Source: Kosmotogaceae bacterium (GTDB taxonomy: Bacteria; Thermotogota; Thermotogae; Petrotogales; Kosmotogaceae). From it: 64,000 nt of DNA. The stretch covers positions 70,623-134,622 of the forward strand of contig JAWODV010000042.1 in NCBI GenBank assembly GCA_046483075.1, written 5' to 3'. How positions within the stretch are numbered: position 1 is the stretch's first letter; every line of letters begins with the position of its first letter. This document shows, one piece after another, positions 56,047 to 64,000 of this stretch. The position numbers were made by a program, and so were the translations under genes. Below the pieces are notes generated by a model that was not told where the DNA came from, ran no database searches, and saw only the letters and a program-made list of their open reading frames with translations.

Positions 56047-57301
56047 TTGAAAACGCCTCCGATCTTCCGGTTGTTAGTATATGAACCTCGACAAAACCCT
56101 CTGTATATTTACCGTTTATTCTATGCTGAATATAGTACTCATCATATCCGAAGCTATAGCCATCATATGTGTTTTCAACCAATACTGTGCTTCTTTTTCC
56201 CTCCTGAGACTTCAAATAACTCCGGCTGCCTTTTTCTGCAATGTCTCTTAATAATCTTGCCCTATTTTTCTTGATAGTTCCAGAAATTCTGTCTTTCATA
56301 GTAAAGGCTTCCGTGCCAGGTCTTGGTGAAAAACGGAAAATGTGTACCTTTAAAAATTCCCTTTTTCTCACAAATGAACAGGTTTCTTCAAATTCTTCAT
56401 TTGTTTCTCCAGGAAAACCCACTATAATATCTGTCGTAAATGAAAAACGTTCATTCCTGATTCTCAGTTTTTCTACTATTGTCTCATAACGCTCTGTTGT
56501 GTAACCCCTTTTCATTCTCATCAAAATATCGTTAGATCCACTTTGCAATGATAGGTGCAGATGTTGAGCGATTTTCTCATGATTAGCTATATAATCGATC
56601 AGTTCATCACTTACAATTCTGGGATCAATGGAACTCAATCTTAAACGCCAATTCCCGTGTACTATCGACAAACATCGAAGCAACCCAAGCAAATTATCAT
56701 TTGTATCAAAACCATAATAGCCAATATTCACACCTGTTAAAACAATTTCACGATAACCGTTTTTCAGCAGATTTTTGAATTCATCCAGTACCAAATCTCT
56801 ATCTTTGCTCTGAATTCGATTTCCTCTTGCCAGTCGAATTCTACAGTAAGCACAGTTGTTTAAACAGCCATCCTGTATTGCCAGATAAGCCCTGGTTCTA
56901 TCAGCCAAACCTTTATCTGCTATTAGGATATTATTCTCTTTCTTAATAACTGGCTCTTCACCATTAAAAACAGTATCAACAATAGTATCAATAGATCCTT
57001 TTTCATCAATTCCACCAACATAATCAAAACCTAATGATTCAAAATCTTCTGGCGATAGTTTTGAGTAACATCCAACTGCCACAAATGATGCCCTATCATT
57101 CTCTCTCTTCAGTTTCCTATATAACTGCCTGGTCTTTCTTTCAGCTTCCGATGTGACTGTACATGTATTAATAATGAATAGATTAGCCTTTTCACCTTCA
57201 ACACTAACATCATATTTATACGAAAGTTTTTCTCGCATAGTTTCTGTCTCATATTGATTTAATTTACAACCAAAGGTAAATATAGAAACTTGTTTTTTCA
57301 T
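56012..57301 (-). CDS. mtaB: Radical-SAM methylthiotransferase (MtaB/MiaB family)
   Basis: 429 aa with a UPF0004 N-domain containing Cys residues (FGCKLNQYE, NTCTVT, VGCY), the radical-SAM motif CLNNCAYC and a TRAM-like C-terminus. Confidence 0.8.
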   Translation of the reverse strand: MKKQVSIFTFGCKLNQYETETMREKLSYKYDVSVEGEKANLFIINTCTVTSEAERKTRQLYRKLKRENDRASFVAVGCYSKLSPEDFESLGFDYVGGIDEKGSIDTIVDTVFNGEEPVIKKENNILIADKGLADRTRAYLAIQDGCLNNCAYCRIRLARGNRIQSKDRDLVLDEFKNLLKNGYREIVLTGVNIGYYGFDTNDNLLGLLRCLSIVHGNWRLRLSSIDPRIVSDELIDYIANHEKIAQHLHLSLQSGSNDILMRMKRGYTTERYETIVEKLRIRNERFSFTTDIIVGFPGETNEEFEETCSFVRKREFLKVHIFRFSPRPGTEAFTMKDRISGTIKKNRARLLRDIAEKGSRSYLKSQEGKRSTVLVENTYDGYSFGYDEYYIQHRINGKYTEGFVEVHILTTGRSEAFSNAELCCESVEV

Positions 57302-57753
57302 TCCGAATTTATTTTTCCCTCCAGCCCAACTTTGATTAGATACAGTCTATTGATAAAACCCAGTAACCTTGAATCATCATCAACAACAGGTACTGTCTTA
57401 AGACCTTTTTTTATAAGCAGGTCAGCAGCATGTAACGTTGTATCTTCAGGTGTGACGGTTATGGCTGGAGAGAACATATGTTCTGAAACTGGATCGTTTC
57501 TAATCTCTTTTAGTTTACTCATGAATTGGTGTGTATCCGGAATAAACGAAGCACTCCTTAGCAGGCTAAAGTAACTGGGAAGTGAGCTTTTAATAACATC
57601 ACTTTCACTCAAAAAACCAATAACTCTATATTCTTCATCAACCACAGGCAATCCTGTCCTCATTTTTCTCAAGCATGCCACAACAAAATCTTCTATAGAT
57701 TCATCTTCAAAAATGGCTGATACATCCCTTATCATGGCATCTTTAACCTTCAT
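57298..57753 (-). CDS. CBS-domain pair protein
   Basis: 151 aa with two CBS repeats (MIRDVSAIFEDESI...GLPVVDEEYRVIGFLSESDV and MFSPAITVTPEDT...TVPVVDDDSRLLGFINR). Confidence 0.8.
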   Translation of the reverse strand: MKVKDAMIRDVSAIFEDESIEDFVVACLRKMRTGLPVVDEEYRVIGFLSESDVIKSSLPSYFSLLRSASFIPDTHQFMSKLKEIRNDPVSEHMFSPAITVTPEDTTLHAADLLIKKGLKTVPVVDDDSRLLGFINRLYLIKVGLEGKINSE

Positions 57754-57757
57754 CGGA

Positions 57758-58717
57758 TCACCTCAATCTGCTCACATCAAAGGTATCCATGTTACTATGA
57801 ATATCTTTTGCTGTGAAAAACTCTTTGCCTACAAATCTACTCTCTGTAACCGCAGCTGCCATTCCAACCTTTGCAGCTTCAAGAAGTTCTCTTTCATTTT
57901 CCAACAAACTATATGCGGCGCCTGCAACAAAACTATCACCTGTGCCAAACAAATGTGATTGCTCAACACGGGTTTTTGTTTTCATAAACCATACGCCTTC
58001 TTCAGTCGCTATAATATCTCCTTCTATTTCATAAGATACTATTGCCATTTTATTTCCATATTTGATTATTTCCTGAGCAGCTTCCACATAATCATCGAGT
58101 TCATTAAGCTCTTTCCCAAAAAGCTCCTTATTACTCCTCAGATCAGGTTTAGCTACTGTATAATGCCCTTGTTTAAGAGCCTTTTCAAAATGTTTTCCTG
58201 TTGATTCGCCTATAACCGTTTTACCTAATTCTTTGGCTCTAGATACTAAAATTTCATAATAATCCTCAGGAACTCCTGGTGGAGCACTACCGGAAATAAC
58301 AACTGATTTTACTCTATTTAATGTTATTTCATATCTTCTTTTTAACATATCCAGTGTCCGTTCATCTATAAGTGGACCGGAAGAATTTATCTCCGTTATG
58401 GTATCGTTTACCTGATCAATGATAGCAATATTCTCACGTGTCTCTTCATCAACATAACAAAAATGAGAGGTAATGATATCGCTTGCTTCTCTTAACCGTC
58501 TTTCAACTACTGCACCAATGAAACCTCCCAGAAATCCCATAGCAATGCTTGGAATCCCTAATCCAGATAATATCAAGGAAACATTAATACCCTTTCCACC
58601 GGGTTCCATTTTTGAATATTTCTGATTTCTTATCCTGCGCATTTCGTTTATCTTGAAATCATCAACAATTAATTCCCTGTCAAGTGCAGGGTTAAGGGTC
58701 ACAGTAAGGACTTTCAA
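57758..58717 (-). CDS. PfkB-family sugar-phosphate kinase (1-phosphofructokinase / tagatose-6-P kinase type)
   Basis: 319 aa with N-terminus VLTVTLNPALDR, GGKGINVS and the C-terminal GTGDSFVAG anion-hole motif. Confidence 0.8.
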   Translation of the reverse strand: MKVLTVTLNPALDRELIVDDFKINEMRRIRNQKYSKMEPGGKGINVSLILSGLGIPSIAMGFLGGFIGAVVERRLREASDIITSHFCYVDEETRENIAIIDQVNDTITEINSSGPLIDERTLDMLKRRYEITLNRVKSVVISGSAPPGVPEDYYEILVSRAKELGKTVIGESTGKHFEKALKQGHYTVAKPDLRSNKELFGKELNELDDYVEAAQEIIKYGNKMAIVSYEIEGDIIATEEGVWFMKTKTRVEQSHLFGTGDSFVAGAAYSLLENERELLEAAKVGMAAAVTESRFVGKEFFTAKDIHSNMDTFDVSRLR

Positions 58718-58742
58718 TATTTTACACTCCTATCCTGAAATT

Positions 58743-59453
58743 TCAGGAAACAACATAATTCTCTGGAGTTCCTACATATGAAATTTTACCATCTTTTAAA
58801 GAAATTAACAAATCACATATGTCTAAAAGCCTCAATGAATAGCGGCTAGAAAGCAAAACAGTCCGATCACTCTTTGACTGATAAATCATATTTTTTACAT
58901 GAATAGTGCTTTCATCATCAAGGTGATCTACAATACTGTCTAAAATAACCATGGATGGATTTCTGGCAAGTGTTGAATATATCAAGAGCAGAATTCTTTG
59001 ATATGGCAAAAGTTTGTTTAAGCTGGTCTTTGGAGAATAAGAAAGTATATCTTCAATATGCAATGACTTTATCAAATCAAGATCATAGTCAGATAGATCC
59101 TCAAAACTAAAATTATTTCCTTTAATTAATCTGAAGAATTCCTTTAAGCTAAAATCTCTTATAGCAGTAAGAAATGATGTATCAACATATGCAATATCAT
59201 TTCTTAACTCTTTTCTGTCATAGTTCTCTATTCTCATACCAAAAGGTTCTACTATGCCATCACCATATACATTCTCAAATAACTCTTCATTAAGATGAAG
59301 TAAAGTTCTTAGCAGCATGGATTTTCCTGAGCTTCTGGAACCGTAAAAAAGGACAATCTGACCTTCTAAAATAGAGAAACTGATATCTTTCAATATTCTT
59401 TCATTATCTATGTAAAGATTGAAGTCCTTAACAATAAGAGCAGTCTCATTCAT
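58743..59453 (-). CDS. Degenerate stand-alone ABC-type ATPase
   Basis: The Walker A is intact (GSRSSGKS). The LSGGQ signature is replaced (LLPYQRI) and the Walker B lacks the catalytic Glu (MVILDS). There is no adjacent permease. The ATG at 59453 follows AAGGAG and overlaps the upstream small ORF (ATGAATGA). Confidence 0.6.
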   Translation of the reverse strand: MNETALIVKDFNLYIDNERILKDISFSILEGQIVLFYGSRSSGKSMLLRTLLHLNEELFENVYGDGIVEPFGMRIENYDRKELRNDIAYVDTSFLTAIRDFSLKEFFRLIKGNNFSFEDLSDYDLDLIKSLHIEDILSYSPKTSLNKLLPYQRILLLIYSTLARNPSMVILDSIVDHLDDESTIHVKNMIYQSKSDRTVLLSSRYSLRLLDICDLLISLKDGKISYVGTPENYVVS

Positions 59454-59628
59454 GAGACTGCTCCTTTCTTTCGTTTCCATTATTACACGATAATCGACTT
59501 CTTATAACGTCCTGTGTAGCTTCTTTATCACCGTTCTTGTTCATTTTAATAAGATCAATCTGAGCAACAACTTTGGGACTTGATTGAAATCTTTTCTTAC
59601 TCGGTCTTGATGATTTTCCTTTCATCAT
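59446..59628 (-). CDS. Small basic protein (60 aa) of unknown function
   Basis: MMKGKSSRPSKKRFQSSPKVVAQIDLIKMNK... has a good SD (GAGGGAGA, 6 nt before the ATG) and is translationally coupled to the ABC-like gene. I recognise no family. Confidence 0.5.
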   Translation of the reverse strand: MMKGKSSRPSKKRFQSSPKVVAQIDLIKMNKNGDKEATQDVIRSRLSCNNGNERKEQSHE

Positions 59629-59720
59629 ATCACGTCTCCCTCATTGATTGCATAATAATTATACAAAAATTGCTTTTCTGATTAATTATAACTTATTTAA
59701 GGAGACGTTTCTTTTTTGTG

Positions 59721-60893
59721 TTATTCAGTCCTTGAATCGTTTAGCATTCCCATAAGGGATTTCAGCTGTTTACTCCTCGAAGGATGTCTTAATTTCCTCA
59801 ATGCTTTAACTTCTATTTGCCTTATCCTTTCTCTTGTTACGTTGAAAAACTGACCTACTTCTTCTAGAGTTTTTGTTTTTCCATCCAAAAGTCCATATCT
59901 CATCTTAAGAACCATTGCTTCTCTTGGGCTTAATGTATCAAGCACATGATCAATTCTCTCACGTAACAACATTTTCATTGCTGATTCCTGAGGTTTCTCA
60001 ACAGATTCATCATGAACAAAATCTCCCATTGTTGATTCTTCATCACCACTGATAGGTGACTCAAGAGAAATTGTTTCTTTCGAAGCAGCAAGTATTTCTT
60101 CAATTTTTTCAGGGGATTTACCGGTAAGTTTACCAAGTTCCTCAACGCTTGGGTATTCTCCCTGTTCTTGTAAATGCTCTCTAATGACTTTATTTACTTT
60201 ATTTATTGTCTCAACCATATGTACAGGTACCCTTATTGTTCTTGCCTGGTCAGCAATCGCTCTTGTTATTGCCTGTCTTATCCACCATGTTGCATATGTA
60301 CTAAATTTATAACCTTTCTTGTAATCAAATTTCTCAACAGCTTTTATCAAACCGATATTTCCTTCTTGAATAAGATCAAGAAAAGATAGACCTCTGCCTA
60401 TATAACGTTTGGCAATTGAAACAACAAGTCTCAAATTAGCTTTGATCAGTTCTCTTCTGGCTTTATTTTCTCCCTTTTGAACCCTTCTAGCCAGTTCTCT
60501 TTCTTTACTTGGGGTCAATAATGATATTTTTCCAATTTCTTTAAGGTACATTTTAATCGGGTCTTTTAACGAAATATTATCGTACATTTCTGGAGAATTC
60601 GATAATAACGAGTCAATTTCCTCTTCTTCTTTTTCTTCAGTTTCTTCTTCCTCATCTTCATCCTTTTCAACGATCCTGATATTATTCTTTTCTAGTTCTT
60701 CATACGTTTTCTCCATCATTTGTGCATCGAAACCCTTGTAATCGGGTGGAAACGCATTATCTATATCAGCATAAGTAATATAACCTTGCTTTTTACCGAG
60801 TTTGATCAGTTTTTCAATATTTTTCTTAACCTGTTCCTTTGTTAATTTCTTTTCCCTTTTCTTTGTCTTTGTATTCTGTTTTTTAGCTGCCAT
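59721..60893 (-). CDS. rpoD: Primary RNA polymerase sigma factor RpoD
   Basis: It carries the RpoD box [14 protein letters not shown], region 4.2 [19 protein letters not shown] and an acidic region 1. The ATG at 60893 (MAAKK) follows GGGAGGTG. Confidence 0.95.
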   Translation of the reverse strand: MAAKKQNTKTKKREKKLTKEQVKKNIEKLIKLGKKQGYITYADIDNAFPPDYKGFDAQMMEKTYEELEKNNIRIVEKDEDEEEETEEKEEEEIDSLLSNSPEMYDNISLKDPIKMYLKEIGKISLLTPSKERELARRVQKGENKARRELIKANLRLVVSIAKRYIGRGLSFLDLIQEGNIGLIKAVEKFDYKKGYKFSTYATWWIRQAITRAIADQARTIRVPVHMVETINKVNKVIREHLQEQGEYPSVEELGKLTGKSPEKIEEILAASKETISLESPISGDEESTMGDFVHDESVEKPQESAMKMLLRERIDHVLDTLSPREAMVLKMRYGLLDGKTKTLEEVGQFFNVTRERIRQIEVKALRKLRHPSRSKQLKSLMGMLNDSRTE

Positions 60894-62616
60894 TTTTTTC
60901 ACCTCCCTGACTTTTCAAGAGTAACCTTGATAATTGTACTCTTTTCATAAGAAGAGAAGTCTTGACTTTTTCATTGCTTACCTGACTGATCTTTCTATCC
61001 AATTCCTTAATTTGTTCCTTAATCAACATCTTATCAGTCAACTTTTCAAGATCATTTAGTATAGCTTCAGCTAAATTTCTATTCATTGGAGTTTCAGCTG
61101 TATTCATTAATTCTCTTCCAAGATCTTCCTCAACTGTTTTCAAAATTTGCTCAAAACTGTCATCCTTTTTGAGTCTTTTATAAACTTCCATGCAGGCTGA
61201 ACTTAAAGGAAGCAATTCTAGAATTTTCAAAACGCCAGATTTGTATTCAGGAAAAGAAAAGTAAATTTTAAGTAATTCTCTTTCACCAGTTTTGAGTTTT
61301 ATTTTTTTGGACTGAAACGAATCTCTTTCCCTGAATGTTTTTTTTCGAGAAGTAACATTTATTGTTCCTTCATCGTACCCAGTTAACTCTGATATTGCTT
61401 TCACAGAAATCTGTAATCCCGGATTATCACCTTGATTTCGATACTTTCTTAAATATGGTTCGGTAATCTGCAACAACTTTTTCTTACCCTGTTCATTTTT
61501 AAGATCAAGTTTTCTTGAAAAATAGTGTATCTTAAACGCTGGTCCAGGTATTGCTTGATTAAGTATATCTCGAATGTCTTTTGGCTTCTTTTTTATCAAC
61601 AATTCACCAGGGTCTTTGTACTGTGAAGCTTGAACAACTGCAGTAGATAATCCCAATTGCTCTGCCATTTCAACAGCTCTGAATGTAGCTTTCTGTCCAG
61701 CCTCATCTGAGTCAAAAAAGAACAGAATGTTTTCGGTCATATCTCTTAGAAGTTTTAACTGTATACTAGTAAGCGATGTTCCAAGTGTTCCCACTACATT
61801 CTCTATACCAGCTTCGTATAGTGATATAACGTCGAAGAATCCTTCAACAACTATTACATAATTCAAACTATTTATACTTTTTTTAGCTCTGTATAAATTG
61901 TATAAAAGTTTACTCTTTTTGAAAATACTGCTTTCAGGCGAATTAATATATTTGGGTCCATTTTCATCTGATATTACCCTTGCACCAAATCCTACGACAC
62001 GGCCTGATTTATTTCTTATCGGTATTGTCAATCTATTTGAAAATCTGTTGATGAGTTTACCTTTGTTAATATATGCTACCCCTGCTGTAACTAAATCATT
62101 CTTATCTATGTTTTTATTAGACTGAATAAATTTATCCAAAGTTCGATCATCAGATGAAAGACCGAGTTCAAAACTGCCAATGGTCTTTTCTGATATTTTT
62201 CTGTTCTTCAAGTAGCCAATTACATCTAAGCTTTTTTCATTTTTTTTGAATAATTCGTTTTGCCAGTATCTGGCAAGATTTTCTAGTATTTTCGTAGATT
62301 TATGATAAGCTGTTTCTTCAAAAGCATTCGTCGGGACATTGACATTAAACATGTCTGCAAGTTGGACTACTGCATCAGTGAAAGATAATTCTTCTATCTT
62401 CTGATAAAAACTAATAGCGTCGCCAGAAGTACCGCATCCAAAACAATGAAAGAAGCCTTTCCCAGGACTCACATAAAATGAAGGATCGGTGTCATTATGA
62501 AATGGACATAAACCACGGTAATAGCTTCCTGACTTCTGGAGGTTAACGTAACGTCCCACGAGTTCGACAATATCCACAGAAGACTTCAGCTTCTCAATTA
62601 GATCCTTGTCGAACAC
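60883..62616 (-). CDS. dnaG: DNA primase DnaG
   Basis: 577 aa with Zn ribbon [26 protein letters not shown] and a TOPRIM domain ([20 protein letters not shown]). GTG start after GGTGGTGA. Confidence 0.95.
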   Translation of the reverse strand: MFDKDLIEKLKSSVDIVELVGRYVNLQKSGSYYRGLCPFHNDTDPSFYVSPGKGFFHCFGCGTSGDAISFYQKIEELSFTDAVVQLADMFNVNVPTNAFEETAYHKSTKILENLARYWQNELFKKNEKSLDVIGYLKNRKISEKTIGSFELGLSSDDRTLDKFIQSNKNIDKNDLVTAGVAYINKGKLINRFSNRLTIPIRNKSGRVVGFGARVISDENGPKYINSPESSIFKKSKLLYNLYRAKKSINSLNYVIVVEGFFDVISLYEAGIENVVGTLGTSLTSIQLKLLRDMTENILFFFDSDEAGQKATFRAVEMAEQLGLSTAVVQASQYKDPGELLIKKKPKDIRDILNQAIPGPAFKIHYFSRKLDLKNEQGKKKLLQITEPYLRKYRNQGDNPGLQISVKAISELTGYDEGTINVTSRKKTFRERDSFQSKKIKLKTGERELLKIYFSFPEYKSGVLKILELLPLSSACMEVYKRLKKDDSFEQILKTVEEDLGRELMNTAETPMNRNLAEAILNDLEKLTDKMLIKEQIKELDRKISQVSNEKVKTSLLMKRVQLSRLLLKSQGGEKNGS

Positions 62617-62638
62617 TAAATCACCACCGAAAGATGAT

Positions 62639-62661
62639 GGACTCCTTCAGGGAAGGAATCC
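62639..62661 (-). terminator. Hairpin between rpsI and dnaG (weak terminator or processing structure)
   Basis: The minus-strand RNA reads GGAUUCCUU-CCCUG-AAGGAGUCC (9 bp with one G-U pair). The downstream U-tract is poor (AUCAUCUUUC), so termination is probably partial. Confidence 0.35.
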
Positions 62662-62683
62662 ACTCTGACTTATAATGAATAAA

Positions 62684-63088
62684 TTATCTCTTTGAGAATT
62701 GTGGTGCTCTTCTTGCCTTTTTCAAACCATATTTCTTTCTTTCAACTTTTCTTGAGTCTCTTGTGAGTAAACCTTCTTCTCTCAAGCGTTTCTTCAGATC
62801 AGGATTAAATTCTAAAAGTGCACGAGCAATACCCAATCTTATAGCTCCAGCTTGTCCTGATAATCCCCCACCATTAACTCTAATTACATAATCAAATTTT
62901 CCCATTGATTCGGTAATAACAGCTGGTTTTAAGGCATGTCTTACCCACAAATCATTATGAAGATATTTCTGCAGATCCTCAAATCCTTTGCCATTAATTA
63001 TAAAATTACCTTTTCCTGGTCTTAAGCGAACTCTGGCAACTGCGGTTTTTCTTCTTCCTGTACCATAATATTCAACCATTTCAGCCAT
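62684..63088 (-). CDS. rpsI: 30S ribosomal protein S9
   Basis: 134 aa with [14 protein letters not shown] near the N-terminus and a C-terminal [11 protein letters not shown]. Confidence 0.97.
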   Translation of the reverse strand: MAEMVEYYGTGRRKTAVARVRLRPGKGNFIINGKGFEDLQKYLHNDLWVRHALKPAVITESMGKFDYVIRVNGGGLSGQAGAIRLGIARALLEFNPDLKKRLREEGLLTRDSRKVERKKYGLKKARRAPQFSKR

Positions 63089-63100
63089 TCAATATCCTCC

Positions 63101-63625
63101 TTACTTCAGCAAATTAATCTGCTCTGGTTTTTGAGCTTCATGTTTATGTTCAGGTCCACTATATACTTTTAACTTTTTAAGCATATTTTTCCCCAGTATA
63201 GTCTTAGGTAGCATTCTGCGAACAGCATTTTTAAATACTTTTTCAGGATGGCGTTCTATCATTTCCTTTGCTGTTCTGGTTTTTATTCCTCCTGGATAAC
63301 CGGTATGCCTATAGTATTTCTTTTGATCCATTTTCTTTCCCGTTAATTTGATTTTTGAAGCATTAACTACCACAACAAAATCTCCTGTATCCACATGTGG
63401 TGTATATATTGGTTTATGCTTTCCCATCAATATTCTGGCAATCTGACTTGCCAATCTTCCTAACGCAACATCAGTTGCATCGACAAGATACCAATTTCTC
63501 TCAATTCTCTCATCATTGTGGTTGGAAACATAATATTCTACCTTATCTATTTCACCTTTTCGTTTTGTTTGTACCTTAGACCAATTAGCGCTTAGTTTAC
63601 AAAGAGGTGTTTTCTGTATTTTCAT
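63101..63625 (-). CDS. rplM: 50S ribosomal protein L13 (with an N-terminal extension)
   Basis: 174 aa with core [38 protein letters not shown]. The ATG at 63625 has a strong SD (AAGGGAGGA). About 45 aa precede the WY(L/V)VDA block. Confidence 0.93.
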   Translation of the reverse strand: MKIQKTPLCKLSANWSKVQTKRKGEIDKVEYYVSNHNDERIERNWYLVDATDVALGRLASQIARILMGKHKPIYTPHVDTGDFVVVVNASKIKLTGKKMDQKKYYRHTGYPGGIKTRTAKEMIERHPEKVFKNAVRRMLPKTILGKNMLKKLKVYSGPEHKHEAQKPEQINLLK

Positions 63626-63653
63626 AACAATTTATCCTCCCTTAGATTTGCCC

Positions 63654-63914
63654 TTATTGCTGCGTTTCGTTATTGACGCTTACAAATTTTCGGTTTCTTT
63701 TTGTTTCAAAGTGAACCTTACCATCAATCAAAGCATAAAGTGTGAAATCTCTACCCATTCCAACATTTTCTCCTGGATGGATTTTTGTTCCACATTGTTT
63801 TAATATGATCGTTCCAGATTTTACAAAACTGTTTTCTCCCCGTTTTATACCTCTGTATTTTGGCTTACTGTCTCTTCCGTTTCTTGCTACACCACCACTT
63901 TTTTTATGGGCCAT
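63654..63914 (-). CDS. rpmA: 50S ribosomal protein L27
   Basis: 86 aa opening [16 protein letters not shown], with no Firmicute-type propeptide. Confidence 0.97.
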   Translation of the reverse strand: MAHKKSGGVARNGRDSKPKYRGIKRGENSFVKSGTIILKQCGTKIHPGENVGMGRDFTLYALIDGKVHFETKRNRKFVSVNNETQQ

Positions 63915-63930
63915 TCAATTCACCTCCACC

Positions 63931-64000
63931 TTAATACTCAATCTTTTCAATAATTATTTCAGAGTAATGTTGCCTATGACCGTATTCCCTGTCATAGTTC
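63931..64000 (-). CDS. rplU: 50S ribosomal protein L21, 3' end only (the gene runs off the right edge)
   Basis: Minus-strand translation gives ...NYDREYGHRQHYSEIIIEKIEY*, matching the conserved L21 C-terminus (GHRQ-x-[YF]-[TS]-x-[IV]-x-I). It lies 16 nt upstream of rpmA. Confidence 0.7.
   Translation of the reverse strand, partial: NYDREYGHRQHYSEIIIEKIEY

Noticed and set aside
63931-64000. The partial ORF upstream of rpmA as the Prp (YsxB) L27-processing protease.
   Set aside because: The L27 here has no cleavable N-terminal propeptide (it starts MAHKKSGG). The fragment also ends in GHRQHYSEIIIEKI, which matches the L21 C-terminus.

Overview
This is a dense 64-kb chromosomal segment that is almost entirely protein-coding, with about 70 genes and low G+C by eye. 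It uses the standard bacterial code: TGA, TAA and TAG all terminate well-supported genes. Gene content and local synteny suggest a member of the Thermotogota, but the genus cannot be determined by eye. The supporting features are buk-ptb-buk2 fused to a 2-oxoacid:ferredoxin oxidoreductase, a 59-aa Thermotoga-type ferredoxin, a RecG with a long N-terminus, Lnt, and an IMPase/FBPase-type SuhB.

Left to right:
- A Mut7-C fragment, rsmD, recG, a small membrane protein and hpt.
- trmB and a decayed gpsA.
- dnaA (without dnaN), then ferredoxin, serA and a class-V aminotransferase.
- A 678-bp AT-rich spacer.
- An aminotransferase/buk/ptb/buk/P-loop/2-oxoacid:ferredoxin-oxidoreductase (DABG) fermentation operon.
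- mnmE and mfd.
- A thiamine ABC importer controlled by a TPP riboswitch, with no ATPase gene.
- nth and an M18 peptidase.
- An ECF sigma/anti-sigma/secreted-protein triad.
- A Fur-family gene followed by pheST and suhB.
- A glf/GT2/flippase-like/GT4 glycolipid cluster, then lnt, a Cof-type HAD and a LarE-like PP-loop protein.
- The ord-ortAB-oraSE ornithine degradation operon.
- pilB-like, ftsZ, ftsA, an FtsQ-like gene and gyrB.
- DUF721, a class-IV aminotransferase, mtaB, a CBS protein, pfkB, a degenerate ABC ATPase and a 60-aa protein.
- rpoD, dnaG, rpsI, rplM, rpmA and the 3' end of rplU.

I saw no rRNA, tRNA, CRISPR array, IS/transposase, integrase, prophage or recognisable defence genes, and no clear-cut novel system. 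The best candidates for further work are:
- an orphan P-loop NTPase translationally coupled inside the oxidoreductase operon;
- a small basic protein plus degenerate ABC ATPase module just downstream of rpoD, with a possible RBS-sequestering pairing;
- a galactofuranose-linked glycolipid cluster;
- a multi-lesion gpsA pseudogene abutting dnaA;
- an orphan PilB-like ATPase with an MshEN-type motif, coupled to ftsZ.

All protein-family calls are motif recognition by eye. No database search was run.
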